From an uncultured Acidimicrobiia bacterium (lineage in GTDB: Bacteria; Acidobacteriota; Terriglobia; Versatilivoradales; Versatilivoraceae): a DNA stretch of 64,000 nucleotides. This document shows positions 61,875 through 64,000 of this stretch, one piece after another (within the stretch, counting starts at the first letter, position 1; each line of letters opens with the position of its first letter). The notes under the pieces were generated by a model that was not told the origin of the DNA, did not search any database, and worked only from the letters and a program-made list of their open reading frames with translations. The stretch lies in the NCBI GenBank assembly GCA_963786955.1, contig CAWBAT010000004.1, forward strand, positions 672,001 to 736,000, read 5' to 3'. Position numbers and translations under genes: made by a program.

Positions 61875-61915
61875 CTTAGCTTGGCCTCACTATCTGGCAT
61901 GAGAGAGGTTCTGAC

Positions 61916-63244
61916 ATGATACGCATCGTTAGTTGTGGATGCCTGTGTATGATCCTGCTGGCCCTGATTCCCGGGGTAGCCGGGAAACAAAACGATAAGC
62001 GGGGTTTCGAACCATTTAACTGGGTGTCCGAGCCGCCGCCGGACTGTCCATTTCCAATCTCTACTGAAATCACGGGGCTTCAGTTCACTGGTATCCATAG
62101 TGATTATCACTTTGCCGACACCTGGTTTCCTAGTTGGGCCGCTGACGGTAATCTTTATTCTCCTTTTACCGATGGCGATGTTTACGGCGAAATTTCAAAT
62201 TCAGACGGATACACTTTCAACAAAGATGGCTGCATGGGCACATTCAACTGTCAACCTCACAAGGCGACCACAGGGCAGGCCGTTCTGATCGGGGATGACC
62301 CTGTGAACCTGACCGTCAAAAGTTTGGGTACGGTCCAGGCTGATCCCTACCCCTATGGCGGACGTTATCCTTGCGGGAGCCTGGTTCACAACGGCATCTG
62401 GTACTATGGGACTTACTGCTTGTCTCCACACAGTGTGACAAGCTACGGAAAAACACTTTATAACTGGCCCTGGTTAGGGCCGTTGGTTGGCTTCCGCATT
62501 TCGACTGACTATGGTAAGACTTGGCGAGAGACTCCGCATCAAGCAGAGAAACCGCTTTTTGCTGAATCGGGTCTTTGGGGGCACTCCTTGAAGATTGGCG
62601 CACCCCATTTCGTCGACTTCGGCAGAGACATGGGACACTCCCCAGATGGAAAGGCTTACCTGGTGGCGCAGGGGGCAGTCGAGCCCGATTCCAAGCCGCG
62701 CTTTGGCAACCTGAGCTGGATCACAGCCGATCAGGTTTACCTGCTGCGTGTTACACCCTCCCTTGAGAATATGAACGACCCATCCAAGTATGAGTTTTAC
62801 GCTGGAACGGATGCCCGCGGCAATGCTCTCTGGACCCATACATTGGGCAAAATCAAACCGCTCTTAGAGTGGAACAACCGTATGGGTTGCGTCACCGTTA
62901 CCTACAATCAGCCGAAAAAGAAGTACTTGATGTGCGTGACCGATGGCGGGGATACCTCGGCCCGCATGCACACTTACGTTCTGGAGTCGAACCAGCTGGC
63001 AGGTCCCTGGCGCCTGGTGACTTACATGAAGAATTTTGGCGAGCAAGCTTACTTCGTGAATTTTCCATCGAAGTTTATTAGCGCCGACGGGCAAACCGCC
63101 TGGCTCTGTTACTCGGCTAATTTCGCCACCGACTGGAACGGGGAAAAAATCCAATCCAATCCTCCCGGCAGTCATTACGGTTTGGTGCTACAGCAGGTCA
63201 AATTATTGGGTGAACGGAAGGCCGGGAAAACCGGGAAGGACTGA
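61916..63244 (+). CDS. Secreted hypothetical protein, probable beta-propeller glycoside-hydrolase-like
   Basis: Signal peptide, DTWFPSWAADG.LY...TDG, STDYGKTW Asp-box-like motif, GPW, YFVNFPSK. Confidence 0.65.
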   Translation: MIRIVSCGCLCMILLALIPGVAGKQNDKRGFEPFNWVSEPPPDCPFPISTEITGLQFTGIHSDYHFADTWFPSWAADGNLYSPFTDGDVYGEISNSDGYTFNKDGCMGTFNCQPHKATTGQAVLIGDDPVNLTVKSLGTVQADPYPYGGRYPCGSLVHNGIWYYGTYCLSPHSVTSYGKTLYNWPWLGPLVGFRISTDYGKTWRETPHQAEKPLFAESGLWGHSLKIGAPHFVDFGRDMGHSPDGKAYLVAQGAVEPDSKPRFGNLSWITADQVYLLRVTPSLENMNDPSKYEFYAGTDARGNALWTHTLGKIKPLLEWNNRMGCVTVTYNQPKKKYLMCVTDGGDTSARMHTYVLESNQLAGPWRLVTYMKNFGEQAYFVNFPSKFISADGQTAWLCYSANFATDWNGEKIQSNPPGSHYGLVLQQVKLLGERKAGKTGKD

Positions 63245-63530
63245 ATCATTCAGGAAATCGTCGAGTCCACGTCTTGTGGCGGTTCAGCGAGACACATTCT
63301 AATTCACCCACCCTTGGAGCCTCAAGGCTCCGTCCGCTCCGGCGGAGGGGGATCCACCGGGTCTCCTTCTCCGCGCCTCTTTTCCTAAACGAGGGAGAGG
63401 GGTAAAGGGGACTATTCTTGGTCCCCCATCAAGAATGAATATAAACGGGGTCCGCATGGCCACAAAATCACCTTGCCCACTCCGCGCTTTCTCACCCGCC
63501 CGGCCAAACCTTAATGCAAAAGGACCAACC

Positions 63531-64000
63531 TTACTCGCTATCCACGACCTTAATCCTTTGCTCAGCCCCATTACAACGAATCTCAGGGACATACATGGCA
63601 TGACCCACAACCGGCAAAGCATGAAATTGTCCTGGAACTTCAGCCCGAAGCTCATAGCGAATTTGCCATATCCCCTCAGGCAATTTGTCGATGAACAGCG
63701 CCACTTTTCGATCCCGCAATTCCTGGTAGACCCAACGGGTGCGACCCGAAAAATCTTCGGAAGACAAAGTTCGATCGGACTTCATTTTCTCGAAGGCATC
63801 AGATCTTAATTCCTTCGTATAGAGGGGTTCGCCACTGCGGACCTGGACCGCTTCCAACCCCGCCGGCTTCAAATCTTCGAAGACCAGGTATTCGTAGTTG
63901 TTCTTGGCTTCAATGGTGATGATCACTTCAGCCCGTTCGCCACTTCTGATTGAATCACCATCATTGAGAGGTTGCCTATCCGTGACAAATCCTTTTAATA
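63531..64000 (-). CDS. Bacterial alpha-2-macroglobulin family protein, C-terminal end; runs off the right edge
   Basis: YLVFEDLKPAGLE, ELRDRKVALF, YELRAEVPGQFHALP...AMYVPEIR. Confidence 0.85.
   Translation of the reverse strand, partial: LKGFVTDRQPLNDGDSIRSGERAEVIITIEAKNNYEYLVFEDLKPAGLEAVQVRSGEPLYTKELRSDAFEKMKSDRTLSSEDFSGRTRWVYQELRDRKVALFIDKLPEGIWQIRYELRAEVPGQFHALPVVGHAMYVPEIRCNGAEQRIKVVDSE

Overview
A 64 kb bacterial chromosomal segment, probably from an Acidobacteriota genome (VWFA acidobacterial-domain protein, ECF/anti-sigma/gspE block; inference only). From left to right it holds: a partial gspE/pilB-type ATPase with an ECF sigma/anti-sigma module; a glycan locus (TMTC-like GT-C/TPR protein, GT2/GT4 enzymes, four SAM methyltransferases, rmlD, Wzm/Wzt); glnD with a P-II gene; a signalling region (two sigma54 enhancer-binding regulators, two kinases, and a fliA with a sigma54 promoter and FleQ-like boxes); a LysW amino-group-carrier pathway (lysW, lysX, lysY, lysZ); and several metabolic or secreted-protein genes ending in a partial alpha-2-macroglobulin. 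The strongest candidate for an undescribed system is 43.9-53.8 kb. It is a corrinoid methyl-transfer operon (MtaA/CmuA-family methyltransferase, corrinoid protein, ASKHA activator, MetF-MetV fusion, pterin-binding methyltransferase and three unknown proteins) divergent from FadR-purU, with an operator palindrome on its promoter. Two short TIR/TSD-flanked elements carry REP-like hairpins. Five single-base frameshifts suggest indel sequencing errors. No rRNA, tRNA or CRISPR array was seen.
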